This document shows, one piece after another, positions 1-12,117 of a DNA stretch of 64,000 nucleotides (the first letter of the stretch is position 1; each line of letters begins with the position of its first letter). Both the position numbers and the translations under genes were made by a program. The DNA lies in assembly GCF_963921235.1 (NCBI RefSeq), contig NC_086108.1:62870001-62934000 (forward strand), given 5' to 3'. Origin of the DNA: Mobula hypostoma. Taxonomy: Eukaryota. The notes below the pieces were generated by a model that was given only the letters and a program-made list of their open reading frames with translations, was not told the DNA's origin and searched no databases.

Positions 1-2003
1 GTTTCTATGAGGTCTCCCCTCATTCTTCTAAACTCCAAGGAATACAGTCCAAGAGCGGACAAACGTTCCTCATATGTTAACCGTCTCATTCCCGGAATCA
101 TTCTACTGAATCTTCTCTGGACCCTCTCCAACGTCAGCACATCCTTTCTTAAATCAGGAGACCAAAACTGCCCACAGTACTCCAAGTGAGGTCTCACCAG
201 CGCCTTATAGAGGCTCAACATCACATCCCTGCTCCTATACTCTATTCCTCTAGAAATGAATGCCAACATTGCATTCGCCTTCTTCACCACTGACTCAACC
301 TGGAGGTTAACTTTAAGGGTATCCTGTACGAGGACTCCCAAGTCCCGTTGCATCTCAGAACTTTGAATTCTTTCCCCATTTAAATAATAGTCTGCCCGTT
401 TATTTTTTCTGCCAAAGGCATAACCATACACTTCCCAACATTGTACTTCATTTGCCACTTCTCTGCCCATTCTTCCAATCTATCCAAGTTTCTCTGCAGA
501 CTCTCCGTTTCCTCAGCACTACCGCCCCTCCACCTATCTTCGTATCGTCAGCAAACTTAGCCACAAAGCCATCTAGTCCATAATCCAAATCGTTGATGTA
601 CAATGTAAAAAGAAGCGGCCCCAGCACTGATCCCTGTGGAACACCACTGGTAACTGGCAGCCAACCAGAATAGGATCCCTTTATTCCCACTCTCTGTTTC
701 CTGCCAATCAGCCAACGCTCTATCCACGTATGTAACTTTCCTGTAATTCCATGGGCTCTTATCGTGTTAAGTAGCCTCATGTGTGGCACCTTGTCAAAGG
801 CCTTCTGAAAATCCAAATATACAACATCCACTGCATCTCCCTTGTCTAGCCTACTGGTAATTTCCTCAAAAAATTGTAATAGGTTTGTCAGGCAGGATCT
901 TCCTTTAAGAAATCCATGCTGAGTTCTGCCTATCTTGTCATATGCCTCCAGATACTCTATAACCTCATCCTTGACAATCGACTCCAACAACTTCCCAACC
1001 ACCGACGTCAAACTAACAGGTCTATAATTTCCTTTTTGCTTCCTTGCCCCCTTCTTAAATAGCGGAGTGACATTTGCAATCTTCCAGTCCTCCGGAACCA
1101 TGCCAGAATCTATCGACTTTTGAAAGATCATCGCTAATGCCTCCGCAATCTCCATAGCTATTTCCTTCAGAACACAAGGGTGCATTCCATCTGGTCCAGG
1201 AGATTTATCTACCTTTAGCCTATTCAGCTTCCTCACTTTCTCTGTTGTAATTGTGACTGCACACACTTCTCTTCCCTGCCACCCTTGAGTGTCCGGTATA
1301 CTGCTGATGTCTTCCTCAGTGATATCTGATGCAAAATACTCGTTCAGTTCCTCTGCCATCTCCTCATCTCCCATTACAATTTCTCCAGCATCATTTTCTA
1401 TCGGTCCTATATCTACTCTCACCTGTCTTTTACTCTTTATATACTTGAAAAAACTTTTAGTATCCTCTTTGATATTATTTGCTAGCTTCCTTTCATAGTT
1501 AATCTTTTCTCTCTTGATGACCTTCTTGGTTTCCTTTTGTAAGGTTTTGAAAACTTCCCAATCCTCTGTCTTCCCACTAATTTTTGCTTTCTTGTATGCC
1601 CTCTCCTTAGCTTTAACTTTGGCTTTGACTTCTCTTGTCAACCATGGTTGCATCCTTTTTCCACTCGAAAATTTCTTCTTTTTTGGAATATACCTGTCTT
1701 GCACATTCCCCATTTCTCGCATAAACTCCAGCTACTGCTGCTCTGCTGTCTTTCCCGCCAGTGTCCCTCTCCAGTCAACTTTGGCCAGTTCCTCTCTCAT
1801 GCCACTGTAATTTCCTTTACTCCGCTGAAATACCCACACATCAGATTTCGGCTTCTCTTTTTCTAATTTCACAGTGAACTCAATCATGTTATGATCACTG
1901 CCTCCTAAGGGTTCCTTCGCCTCAATCTCTCCAATCACCTCCGGTTCATTACACAATACCCAATCCAGTACTGCCGATCCCCTAGTGGGCTCAACTATCT
2001 GCT
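1..2003 (-). mobile_element. CR1/L3-clade LINE, ORF2 fragment (APE C-terminus, linker, reverse transcriptase), continues off the left edge
   Basis: ORF 448-1722 contains KSPGPDG, NYRPVSLTSVVGK, QHGF, YLDFQKAFDKVPH, GVPQGSVLGPLLF and FADDTK. ORF 1732-1956 has the APE end LGGSDHNMIEF. Broken by a stop and a frameshift. Confidence 0.95.
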
Positions 2004-3475
2004 GTGGACTTGGCTCAGTCTGTTATTGATGCACTCTCAGCAAAATGGGGAGAGGAATCATGGAGTGAAATTCAGACAAGAACTAGGGACTTGTGCATCA
2101 AGGCTGATGTACAGAGCAGACCACATGAAAGGAGAGAGGCCCAGCCACCCCGCCGCCTACATGATTTTGTTGTTGAGGCCCAAACTGAACGCGTACCTGT
2201 CACATCCTCTGATGACCTTCGCAACCACTGTTGCTATCCGGTTATAGACAGACTTCTGACTGAAATGAAAAGACTGTTCTCCGTTGAGACTGGAAGTGTT
2301 CTGCCTGGAGTCTCAGCATTGAGTCCCAAACACAAGTTCTTCCTAGACAAGAATTGTCTTTGGCTAATGGCCCAATACCATGGAGTGACTGTAGTGAACC
2401 TGACTGCAGAGCTACATCAGGTTCGGCATCTGCTGGAAATAAAACAAAAGCAAGGACAGACAGTGAATGACACAGTGGAATTTCTAGCTCTAATGAGACC
2501 CTACCGCGATGCACTTATAGATTTATACAAACTAATCTGCATATCACAGACTCTGCCTGTGACATCTGCCTTATGTGAACGGAGTTTCTATTGCCTCAGA
2601 CATGTCAAAAACTACTTAAGGAATAGTGGCGGCGATGCTCAGAACAGCAACTGGGCTCTGTTGGCCATAAACAGCCGGAGGACCAAAGCACTTGACATCC
2701 AGAAAATCATTGATGCTTTCGCCACCAATCACAACAACAGACAGATTGTGCTTCTCTGAAAACATTAATGGTGAGTGCAGTTGATTTTTTAAAGATTTGG
2801 GCCAAGACTAATGCTGATTATTATTATTATTATTTTGTGGTGGATACCCCATAGTCCTTAGGTTTCCTGCAAATCCTAAAATATTACATTTACTGCTATT
2901 AAGCCTACTGGTTTTGCTTAGACTTCCAAGTAGTGATTCTGTTGATTTTTGTTTTAAATTCAATAGCCGAATTAATTGAGGTATTGCATGGTCAGAGTAC
3001 GATTTGTCCAACTCCTGGTAAAGCCTTGCATGTGTTGTTTGCCTTATTTGACTTTAATAATGGTGTATCTTTTGGCATTGCTGTCTATGTAATGCGAATA
3101 GCAGTGGGTTCGTTTTGTGTTTTTCAGTTGAAAAGCAGCATTTGACAGTGATTGCGGGATTGGTGCGTGATTCACGTTGTCCGCTGTTGCTCGGATGCTC
3201 TGTTTTTTTTTTGTTTATGCTCCGTGTAGCCCAGGTTGTCTCTGATGCCGTTGACACTGTACAGTTCACTTCTATATTAGATCTACCAATTGCTGTTGCT
3301 TGTGAATCAACAGAGGCATTTATAGTAGGCACATAATGCTTGAAACTGACTTTTTAACATCTTGCGTCTGGCCTTGCAAATACATATTACCATGCAGTGT
3401 ATCCCTCAGCACCATTACTGAATAATTCAGCCCCTCCGTAGCACCAGCAAGAAAAAATCTCTGGCGCTGCCACTG
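2004..3475 (+). mobile_element. hAT DNA transposon, right-hand part with transposase C-terminus (ZMYM1-like, hAT dimerisation domain) and right TIR
   Basis: ORF 2004-2759 has YPVIDRLLTEMKRLFS and LPVTSALCERSF..LRHVKNYLRNS...LALLAIN-like dimerisation motif. Element ends CTGGCGCTGCCACTG at 3475. The left part is cut by the CR1 insertion. Confidence 0.85.
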
Positions 3476-3572
3476 GCAATAACTTTTCCTGAACGTGCTG
3501 GTGTGAGACCTCCTTTCCAGTGGCAACAGCGAGAAGAAAGCATGGCCTGGATGATGGGGGTCCTTGATGATG
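3476..3572 (-). mobile_element. Rex1/Babar-type LINE 3' fragment
   Basis: Translates DIIKDPHHPGHAFFSLLPLERR..HTSTFRKSY, the same C-terminal motif as the copy at 8280-8639. Confidence 0.7.
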
Positions 3573-4070
3573 TCTAATTTGAGGAGTAAAAGATTTAGGA
3601 GGATTTCAGGAAGAATTTTTCCAGCTAAAGGGGGTTTGTAATATGGAATGCACATCTGAGAAGGTGGTGAAGGCAGATAATCTCACAGCATTAAAGAAAC
3701 TTCAGGACAAGCAGTTGAATTCCTAAGGAATAGTAGGTTACAGACCAAGTACTCGTAAATAGGACATGGATAGACAGAGGGGGAGGGGAGGGAATGTCGA
3801 CTCAGACCATGAGAGGCCTGCGTCAGGCATTTTCATGCCTTACAAGGTGCAGATTGGAAGTCTGTGGGGTGTCACTCCTTGCACAGACTAGAGCAATGTG
3901 TGATTAAGTGCCTTGCTCAAGGACACAAACACGTTGCCACAGCTGAGGCTCGAACTAGCAACCTTCAGATCACTAGACGAACGCCTTAACCACTTGGCCA
4001 CTGGATAGAGCTTACTGGTTATGATTGAAATGATGGGCTGAAGGGCCTTTTTCAATGCTTATGTCTCTAA
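3573..4070 (+). mobile_element. Degenerate CR1 3' end interrupted by a SINE
   Basis: Resembles CR1 3' coding end and UTR (GTGGTGAAGGCAGATA..., GATGGGCTGAAGGGCC) on both sides of the SINE. Confidence 0.6.
3775..4001 (-). mobile_element. tRNA-derived SINE with 8-bp target-site duplication
   Basis: Minus strand starts GTGGCCAAGTGGTTAAGGCG (A box) ... GCTAGTTCGAGCC (B box), then a TGTGTCCTTGAGCAAGGCACTTAA core. TGGATAGA is repeated at 3767-3774 and 4002-4009. Confidence 0.85.
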
Positions 4071-4304
4071 AAGTGGATGGCTGCAGTAAAGTCCAGTACT
4101 CTTAAAGGATCACAGACAGGAACCAGGACTGATGCAGGAGGAATTGTCCTGAGGGACCAATGTCGGAAGTGAGCTTCATAGCCTAGACCGAGTGTTTCAA
4201 GAGGTGGTCCAAGCCAGATGTGTACTTGTTAGCCCATTAAGTATTGCCATGACACAATACTTACACATCTTACATATTACACACATTAACATTCATGAAC
4301 TGTA

Positions 4305-4735
4305 ACAAACTTACTAACTGCCCATTATGCTGCTGGCATTTAGGGAAGCAGTGAAGGTCCTCCATTTCTGGCAGTGTTCAAGGCTTCCTTCATCATGTTA
4401 GTAGCTTCTTCTTAGTTTTCACTACTGTCAGTCATACAAATCCCAGCTGAACACTCAGGAATACCATTGCACTCAGATTCTTCATTACTGTTTCTGTAAC
4501 AATTCATTACAGTTTCCGTAACAATTTTGTCAGGGGTGTTAGCCCTGAACTGAAACCCCGAAACTGGACGACCGGTGGACCACCCTTAGTTTGGCCTCTA
4601 CTTTTTGACCTGTTTGGCATGGGTGACAGTACCAAGAGCCAAAGCATAATGCCCTGACTCCAGCCAACTTAACTCTCTGGGGCATTGAGGTATGCAAGCC
4701 TCCAAACCCTATTACAAGGTTGTGGTCCTCATGGA
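4305..4735 (-). mobile_element. Non-autonomous RTE-derived element (RTE 5'UTR-like part joined to RTE 3' end)
   Basis: Minus strand has CACAACCTTGT...CAATGCCCCAGAGAG and GGGCTAACACCCCTG (RTE 5'UTR-like), ends ATGGAGGACCTTC..CCCTAAATGCCAGC..ATAATGGGCAG plus TAAG-type tail. Confidence 0.6.
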
Positions 4736-4957
4736 GGCAATAGTAAAAGGATAAACTTGCTACAGAAAGAGTGCAGTGAAAATTCACAAGATAGGTTCCT
4801 AGACAGCATGTCTCTTATAGTATAAGAAATTGGTTATACTAGACCTCTATTTTCAGGAGTTTATAGAATAGGAGATAACCTCATTGAAACATCTTACAGG
4901 GCTTGAACAAGAGCACTTTTGTGTTAGCTGAAAAGTATAGAATTGGAAATAAAAGTC

Positions 4958-5068
4958 ATAAAATAAGGAGGGAAAAACAAATGGCCACAGTAACTCAGTG
5001 GGTCAAGCAGCATCTGTGGAGGGAACAGAATGGTCGATATTTTGGGTCTACAGTCTGCATGAAGACTG
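4958..5068 (-). mobile_element. Degenerate Penelope-like element end
   Basis: AACTCAGTGGGTCAAGCAGCATCTGTGGAGGGAA...GGTCGATATTTTGGGTC is similar to the better copies at 7480 and 27616. Confidence 0.6.
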
Positions 5069-6232
5069 GGCCCTTTGACCTGCAATGTTGTGCTGAACCG
5101 GTTAAAAAGTAAATTAAAAAAAAACAAAAATCAATCCCTCCTACCTAAACAATCTCCGTATCAATCCATTATCCTCATATTCATGTGTGTATCTAAACAT
5201 CTCTTAAAAGCCTCCAATGTATTTGCCTTTACCACCATACCAGACAGCACATTCCAAGCATTCATCACTCTCTGACTTACCCCTCACATCCCCTTTGACC
5301 CTACCCCATCTCACCTTTATTGCATGCCCTCTGGTATTAAGCATTTCTACCATGGGAAAAAATAATCCCTTTGTACTCTATCTATGCCTCTCATAATCTT
5401 ATAAACCTCCTATCAGATCTCCCCTTAGCCTCTATAGCTCCAGAAAAAGCAACCCACGTTTGTCCAGTCTTTCATGATAGCCCATGCCCTCTAAACCAGG
5501 CAGCATCCTAGTGAACCTTTTTTGCACCATCTCCAAAGTCCCAACATCCTTCCTATAGTGGACCAACCAGAAATGTATGCAATACTGCAGATGTAGCCTA
5601 ACCAGAGTTTTATAAAATTGCAATATAGCCTCTTGACTTTTGAACCCTAATAAAAGCAAGCATTCCGTAAACCTTGTTTACAATCCGATCCACATGTGTA
5701 GTCACTTTTAAGCAGGTATGAACTTGGACTTCAAGATCTCTCTGCGCAGCAACACCATTAAGGGTCAGTGTGCTGTCTGCTTGCATTTGCTTGACCAACG
5801 TGCAACACCTCACATTTATCTGGATTAAACTCCATCTGTTATTTCTCTGTAACTGATCTATATCGCGCTGTATTCTTTGCCAGTCTTCTACACTATCCTC
5901 AACTCCACCAATCTTGGTATCATCTGCAAACACACGAACCCACCCATCTACATTTTCATCCATGTCATTTATATACATCATAAACAGCAGAGGTCCCAGC
6001 ACAGATCCCTGCAGAACACCACTAATTACAGACTTCCAGTTTGAGTAAGTCCTTGTGACCACTACCCTCTGTCTTCTATGCGCAAGCTGTTTCTGAATCC
6101 AAACAGCTAATTCGCTGCGGTCCCCATGCATCCTAATCTGGATTAACCTCCCATGAGGGACTTCGTTAAATGCCTTTCTAAAATTTTGCCGTATCATCAG
6201 TCTATCCTTCCTCACAGTCTCACTACACATTA
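5069..6232 (-). mobile_element. CR1 LINE, decayed RT C-terminal half and 3' end
   Basis: KAFNEVPH, GVLQGSVLGPLLF, FADDTK, YKTLVRLHLQYC motifs with frameshifts. Confidence 0.9.
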
Positions 6233-6276
6233 CATCTAGTTGTTTACCAGCTGTCCCATCCCAAGCCTTATCACTC

Positions 6277-6585
6277 TGGATAGCATCCCCTTGTCAGATT
6301 AGTTTAAACCCTCCCCAACAGCTCTAGCATACCTGCCCACAAGGATTCAAGTCTAACCCATTCTTTTTGTACAGGAAGAGATCCTAATGATCCAGAAATC
6401 GGAAACCCTGACCCCTGCACCAATTCGTCAGCCGTGCACTGATCAGCCAAATTATCCTATTCTTACCCTCACTGGTGCATGGCAGAGGTAGCAATTCAAA
6501 GAGTACTACCTTGGAGGTCCAGCTGTTCAGCTTTCTACCTAACTCCCTATATCCTGTCTTCAGGGCCTCCTCCCTTTTCCTACAG
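6277..6585 (-). mobile_element. CR1 ORF1 (SGNH esterase-like) fragment
   Basis: Reverse complement matches the ORF1 sequence at 49920-50090 (GGTAGAAAGCTGAA..GGACCTC.AAGGTAGTA; TGCAGGGGTCAGGGTTTC). Confidence 0.7.
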
Positions 6586-7168
6586 CTTGTAAGTTTATTT
6601 CTGTTTATTTTTATTTTATATTACGTTTCTATGTCTTTGTTTCAAAATAAACTGAAGCAAAGAAGGATTTTCTTCAGTGATGAATTTTTGGGATTCTGTA
6701 TAAAAAAAGGGAAGTTTAGGTTAGATATTGCTTTTATTCAAAACTGACATTTCTGTTGGAGGGACACCCATTGCATGTTACAAGTGTGCTTTAGTCGTAA
6801 GTGGCTACAAGATAAATGAATCAACTACAGGTTCATGTAAGGGTTGGATTAACTTCCTTCTTATGGATGAAGCTACTGTAACTGCACATCTTTAAGATGA
6901 TCATCGTCACCTGACACTTCCTTCCTCACTTCCTGCTCCTGCTCCAGAGCAGAGTAGTAAGGGTATACCCTTATGACCGACGGACAGCAAGTAATGAGTA
7001 AGCATAAGACTTGTCTGGCAGAGTACAGGAGGACACTCTCTGAGAAATCGTTACAGTGTGCTGTTCTTTCTGTGAAGGATCAGGTGGCTCATGGCATCTA
7101 ACTCAAACTGGATACCTGAGTGAAACTGCAGTCATGCTCATGAGCATGAACAGGAGCAAGGACTAGAG

Positions 7169-7248
7169 AAGGAGTTCCCAACCTTTTTTATGCCATGGAG
7201 CAAAACCATTAAGCAAGGGGTCTGTGGACCTTAGGTTGGAAACCCCTG
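7169..7248. mobile_element. 80-bp hAT (Charlie-like) MITE
   Basis: Imperfect TIRs AAGGAGTTCCCAACC / GGTTGGAAACCCCTG. A related inverted copy lies at 54520. TSD not clean. Confidence 0.7.
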
Positions 7249-7479
7249 TACTTAGGGCAAGGAGCTAAAGTTGAAAGACTTAATCTTTGGTCCTTGAACT
7301 GCACGTCTGTCCAGCACTATGACTGAAACATGGTGGACATAACAGGCTGTCTGAGAATGGATGAGCTACATGCACTTGCTGGATGCATAGCATTGGCTGT
7401 TGCTATTTTCTGGTGATAGTCACCCATGAACAGTAAACTCAGGGAATGATAGCATTTGTGGTTCAAAAAGGGCTCCAAA

Positions 7480-7922
7480 TTACTGTAAACATGAGGAAAT
7501 CTGCAGATGCTGGAAATTCAAGCAACACACATCAAAGTTGCCGGTGAACGCAGCAGGCCAGGCCGCATCTCTAGGAAGAGGTACAGTTGACGTTTTGGGC
7601 CGAGACCCTTCGTCAGGACTAACTGAAAGAAGAGCTAGTGAGAGATTTGAAAGCGGAAGGTGGGGGGGGGGAGATCCAAAATGATAGGAGAAGACAAGAG
7701 GGGGAGAGATGGAGCCAAGAGCTGGACAGTTGATTGGCAAAAGGGATATGAGAGGATCATGGGACAGGAGGCCCAGGGAAAAAGAAAAGGGGGAGGGGGG
7801 GAAACCCAGAGGATGGGCAAGGGGTATAGTGAGAGGGACAGAGGGAGAAAAAGGAGAAAGAGAAAAAGAATGTGTGTATATAAATAAATAACGGATGGGG
7901 TACGAGGGGGAGGTGGGGCATT
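7480..7922 (-). mobile_element. Penelope-like element (PLE) 3'/pLTR fragment
   Basis: CTGCAGATGCTGGAAATTCAAGCAACACACATCAAAGTTG...CCCTTCGTCAGGAC followed by a purine-rich tract, repeated at 8055, 27616 and 40960. Carries a hammerhead motif. Confidence 0.8.
7585..7620 (-). ncRNA. Minimal type I hammerhead ribozyme motif, core mutated (GAAA to AAAA)
   Basis: Minus strand AGUC-CUGACGA-A-GGG-UCUCGG-CCC-AAAA-CGUC-AACU. Confidence 0.65.
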
Positions 7923-8054
7923 GTGTGTGGATTACTGTGTGGATCATGGGTGTGCCAGAATCAGTTATTCCCAGTTTCTTCAGAAATTCTTTAATCCTGA
8001 CGTATCTATCCCATACTTGAGGAGAAGGAGATAAACTGATCTTTGAATGAGTCA

Positions 8055-8177
8055 ACAACAGGAATTCTGCAGATGCTGGAAATTCAAGCAACATACATCA
8101 AAGTTGCTGGTGAACGCAGCAGGCCAAGCAGCATCTGTAGGAAGAGGCGCAGTCGACGTTTCAGGCCGAGACCCTTC
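8055..8177 (-). mobile_element. PLE end fragment truncated inside the hammerhead core
   Basis: Minus strand GAAGGGUCUCGGCCUGAAACGUCGACU: GAAA and GUC site intact, CUGAC missing at the truncation point. Confidence 0.75.
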
Positions 8178-8269
8178 CTTCTATGGTTTCCACGTCCTTC
8201 CTGTAGTGAAGAAATAAATAATGCTGAGAACATAAGTTGTAGAGTTCTTGAAAGTGAGTCTACAGTTTG

Positions 8270-8715
8270 AGGAATTAGTTCAGTGTCGAGGTGCATAGAG
8301 TTCTTCACGCTGGTTCAGGAGCCTGATTGTTGAAGGGTAATAACTGTTCCTGAACCTAATGGTGAGGGACTTAAGACTCCTATATCTCCTTCCCAACGGC
8401 AGCAGTGCGAAAAGTGTATGTCCTGAATGGTTGGGGTCATTGATGATGAATGCTGCTTTCTTCTGACAGTGCTCCTTGTAGTTGTGTTGTATGGTGTGGA
8501 GGGTTTTGACTGTGATGGACTGGGCTGTGTTCACCACTTTTTCTAGACTTCTCCATTCATAGGCATTGGTGTTTCCATACCAAGCCATGATGCAACCAGT
8601 CAAGATACTCTCCACTGTGTACATACAGAAGCTTGTCAAATTTTAGATGACATATCAAAACTGTACAAACTCCTAAGACAACAGAGGTATTGTTCTGTCT
8701 TCTTTGCGATTGTAC
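8270..8715 (-). mobile_element. Rex1/Babar-type LINE, RT C-terminal region
   Basis: ORF 8280-8639: TVESILTGCIMAWYG...DPNHSGHTLFALLPLGRRYRS...RFRNSYYPSTIRLLN. Confidence 0.8.
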
Positions 8716-9377
8716 TTATGCACACTACTGACACTATAAACATTGTTGCTCAGGCGGCTGAAGATAGAAGTATGACTCCTGGAAAGCTCTTAACAGTTGG
8801 CCCTCTGGAGCAGACAGCCTCCTTTACTCCTTCAGATTTTTTGGTGCCTTCACCTTATGACCTCTGTATTGTAGATGCAAACATGACCTCAGAGATCATT
8901 TAGACACTACCAATAACTTGTAACTGGAGTCTTCTGCCCAGGGAATGAAGTGACTTTCATTCCAAATAAGTCCACAATAAACTTGTAATTGAATATCATC
9001 CATTTAACTACCAAGGACCCATGATCCATGTTTAATGTTAAGGCCTGGTTTCCTCTGTTAACTACACAGCCATGATTCATTTTCACAGGGGAACTACCAA
9101 TTGGCTATTAGGTAGTGATTGCTATTCTATTTAATGGCCATGTGCTCTGTGATGATGTGTCATATGTACTGCTCATGATCCTGGTTCACATTATGAGCGA
9201 TTAGCACTGTTAAATTTGAAATATGCCTACAAGTCTGTGGATTTAAAAAAAAAGTTCAAATTCTCACTCCAAATTTGGTAATTTGCCCAAGTTTCTCATT
9301 CTCATCTTTTCAATCTGAAATAATAAATTTTGTAGATGAGACCAACTAATTGCATATGGAAATCATGAAGAAAGATC

Positions 9378-11604
9378 ATAGAAACCATAGAAACCATAGA
9401 AACTACAGCACAGAAACAGGCCTTTTGGCCCTTCTTGGCTGTGCCGAACCATTTTCTGCTGAGTCCCACTGACCTGCACACGGACCATATCCCTCCATAC
9501 ACCTCCCATCCATGTATCTGTCCAATTTATTCTTAAATATTAAAAAAGAACCCGTATTTACCACCTCATATGGCAGCTCATTCCATACTCCCACCACTCT
9601 CTGTGTGAAGAAGCTCCCCCCCTTAATGTTCCCTTTAAACTTTTCCCCCCTTACCCTTAATCCATGTCCTCTGGTTTTTTTCTCCCCTTGCCTCAGTGGA
9701 AAAAGCCTGCTTGCATTCACTCTATCTATACCCATCATAATTTTATATACCTCTATCAAATCTCCCCTCATTCTTCTAAGCTCCAGGGAATAAAGTCCTA
9801 ACCTATTCAACCTTTCTCTGTAACTGAGTTTCTCAAGTCCCGGCAACATCCTTGTAAACCTTCTCTGCATTCTTTCAACCTTATTTATATCCTTCCTGTA
9901 ATTTGGTGACCAAAACTGAACACAATACTCCAGATTCGGCCTCACCAATGCCTTATACAACCTCATCATAACATTCCAGCTCTTATACTCAATACTTTGA
10001 TTAATAAAGGCCAATGTACCAAAAGCTCTCTTTACGACCCTATCGACCTGTGACGACACTTTTAGGAAATTTTGTATCTGTATTTCCAGATCCCTCTGTT
10101 CCACTGCACTCCTTAGTGCCTTACCATTAACCCTGTATGTTCTACCTTGGTTTGTCCTTCCAACGTGCAATACCTCACACTTGTCTGTATTAAGCTCCAT
10201 CTGCCATTTTTCAGCCCATTTTTCCAGCTGGTCCAAGTCCCTCTGCAGGCTCTGAAAATCTTCCTCACTGTCTACTACACCTCCAATCTTTGTATCATCA
10301 GCAAATTTGCTGATCCAATTTACCACATTATCATCCAGATCATTGATATAGATGACAAATAACAATGGACCCAGCACTGATCCCTGTGGCACACCACTAA
10401 CACCACTAGTCACAGGCCTCCACTCTGAGAAGCAATTCTCTACTACCACTCTTTGGCTTCTTCCATTGAGCTAATGTCTAATCCAATTTACCACCTCTCC
10501 ATGTATACCTAGCGACTGAATTTTCCTAACTAACCTCCCATGCGGGACCTTGTCAAAGGCCTTACTGAAGTCCATGTAGACAATATCCACTGCCTTCCCT
10601 TCATCCACTTTCCTGGTAACTTCCTCGAAAAACTCCAATAGATTGGTCAAACATGACCTACCATGCACAAAGCCATGTTGACTCTCCCTAATAAGTCCCT
10701 GTCTATCCAAATGTTTGTAGATTCTGTCTCTTAGTACTCCCTCTAATAACTTACCTACTACCGACGTTAAACTTACTGGCCTATAATTTCCCAGATTACC
10801 TTTCGATCCTTTTTCAAACAACGGAACAACATGAGCCACTCTCCAATCCTCCGGCACCTCACCTGTAGACAGCGACATTTTAAATATTTCTGCCAGGGCC
10901 TCTGCAATTTCAACACTAGTCTCCTTCAAGGTCCGAGGGAACACCCTGTCAGGTCCCGGGGATTTATCCACTTCAATTTTCCTCAAGACAGCAAGGTCCT
11001 CCTCCTTTTCGGTCTGTACAGTTTCCATGATCTCACTACTTGTTTCCCTTAATTCCATACACTTCATGCCAGTTTCCTTAGTAAATACAGATGCAAAAAA
11101 CCTATTTAAGATCTCCCCCATTTGCTTTGGTTCCACACATAGCCAACCACTCTGATCTTCAAGAGGACCAATTTTATCCCTTACAATCCTTTTGCTCTTA
11201 ATATACCTGTAAAAGCTCTTTGGATTATCCTTCACTTTGACTGCCAAGGCAACCTCAGGTCTTCTTTTAACCCTCCTGATTACTTTCTTAAGTATTTTCT
11301 TGCACTTCTTATACTCCTCAAGTACGTTATTTACTCCCTGCTTCCTATACCTGTCATACAACTCCCTCTTCTTCTTTATCAGAGTTGCAATATCCCTTGA
11401 GAACCAAGGTTCCTTATTCCTATTCACTTTGCCTTTAATCATGACAGGAACATATAAAGGCTTTCCACCTACCGATCACATCCTTGCCAGAGAACAACCT
11501 GTCCCAATCCACGCTTTTTAGATCCTTTCTCATTTCTTCAAATTTGGCCTTCTTCCAGTTAAGAACCTCAATCCTAGGACCAGATCTATCCTTGTCCATG
11601 ATCA
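9378..11604 (-). mobile_element. 5'-truncated CR1 LINE, ORF2 RT and 3' tail
   Basis: ORFs 10471-11442 and 9403-10449 are in frame and split by one stop, with all RT motifs (YMDFSKAFDKVPH, GVPQGSVLGP, FADDTK). (ATAGAAACC)n tail at 9378-9403. Confidence 0.95.
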
Positions 11605-11859
11605 TTCAAAACTAATTTATAATTTATGCAATTTATGTTTAAATTCTCTATTTTTTGTTCAGCATCAGGTAATTTCACCTATTTGTGCTGAAACTATAAG
11701 CTGGAAACTCTGCAGTCAGTTCAGTTCACATATCACTTTTATGAATGGAAGCCAGAGTAAGCCTGCTCAGTCAGACAAGGTGATGATTGTTCCTTGATTT
11801 CAGAATGACTTTTCTGCAGTCGTACCATTTCCCTTTATTCACTTGATATTCAACAAACT

Positions 11860-12112
11860 CTCAGTTTCAAGCTTAAATGCACTCATTTATCAAGTCTCCA
11901 AGGTCCTCTTGCTCAGAGAATTCCATAGATTCATCGTTGTCTGTGGGAAGTAATTTCATTTTGGAATGCCTGATCCCTTGTTTTGAGATACAGTAGTTAC
12001 TTCTGGTTCAGGTGTCCTCATTGTAGGAAACATGACCCCAACATCTACCCTGTCAAGTCCTATAATTTTCTATGTTTCAACCGGATCATATCTAATTCCT
12101 CTAATCTCTCTC
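11860..12112 (-). mobile_element. Old CR1 3' fragment
   Basis: AGAGAATTCCATAGATTCA...CATCTACCCTGTCAAGTCC resembles the CR1 3' coding end. Confidence 0.55.
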
Positions 12113-12117
12113 TCGGG

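Noticed and set aside
2004..2759. Host ZMYM1-like gene
   Set aside because: Intronless fragment with a transposon TIR downstream and a LINE inserted at its 5' side.
3925..4001. tRNA gene
   Set aside because: A and B boxes are the head of a SINE with core, tail and TSD.
6777..7062. Solo LTR or TSD-flanked insertion (GTTACA-GTGTGCT repeated)
   Set aside because: Termini and TSD do not fit together consistently and there is no second copy in the window.
7480..8094. 204-aa Pro/Ser-rich ORF, and similar ORFs at 27449-27947 and 40855-41238
   Set aside because: Low-complexity read-through of the PLE purine/pyrimidine tract.
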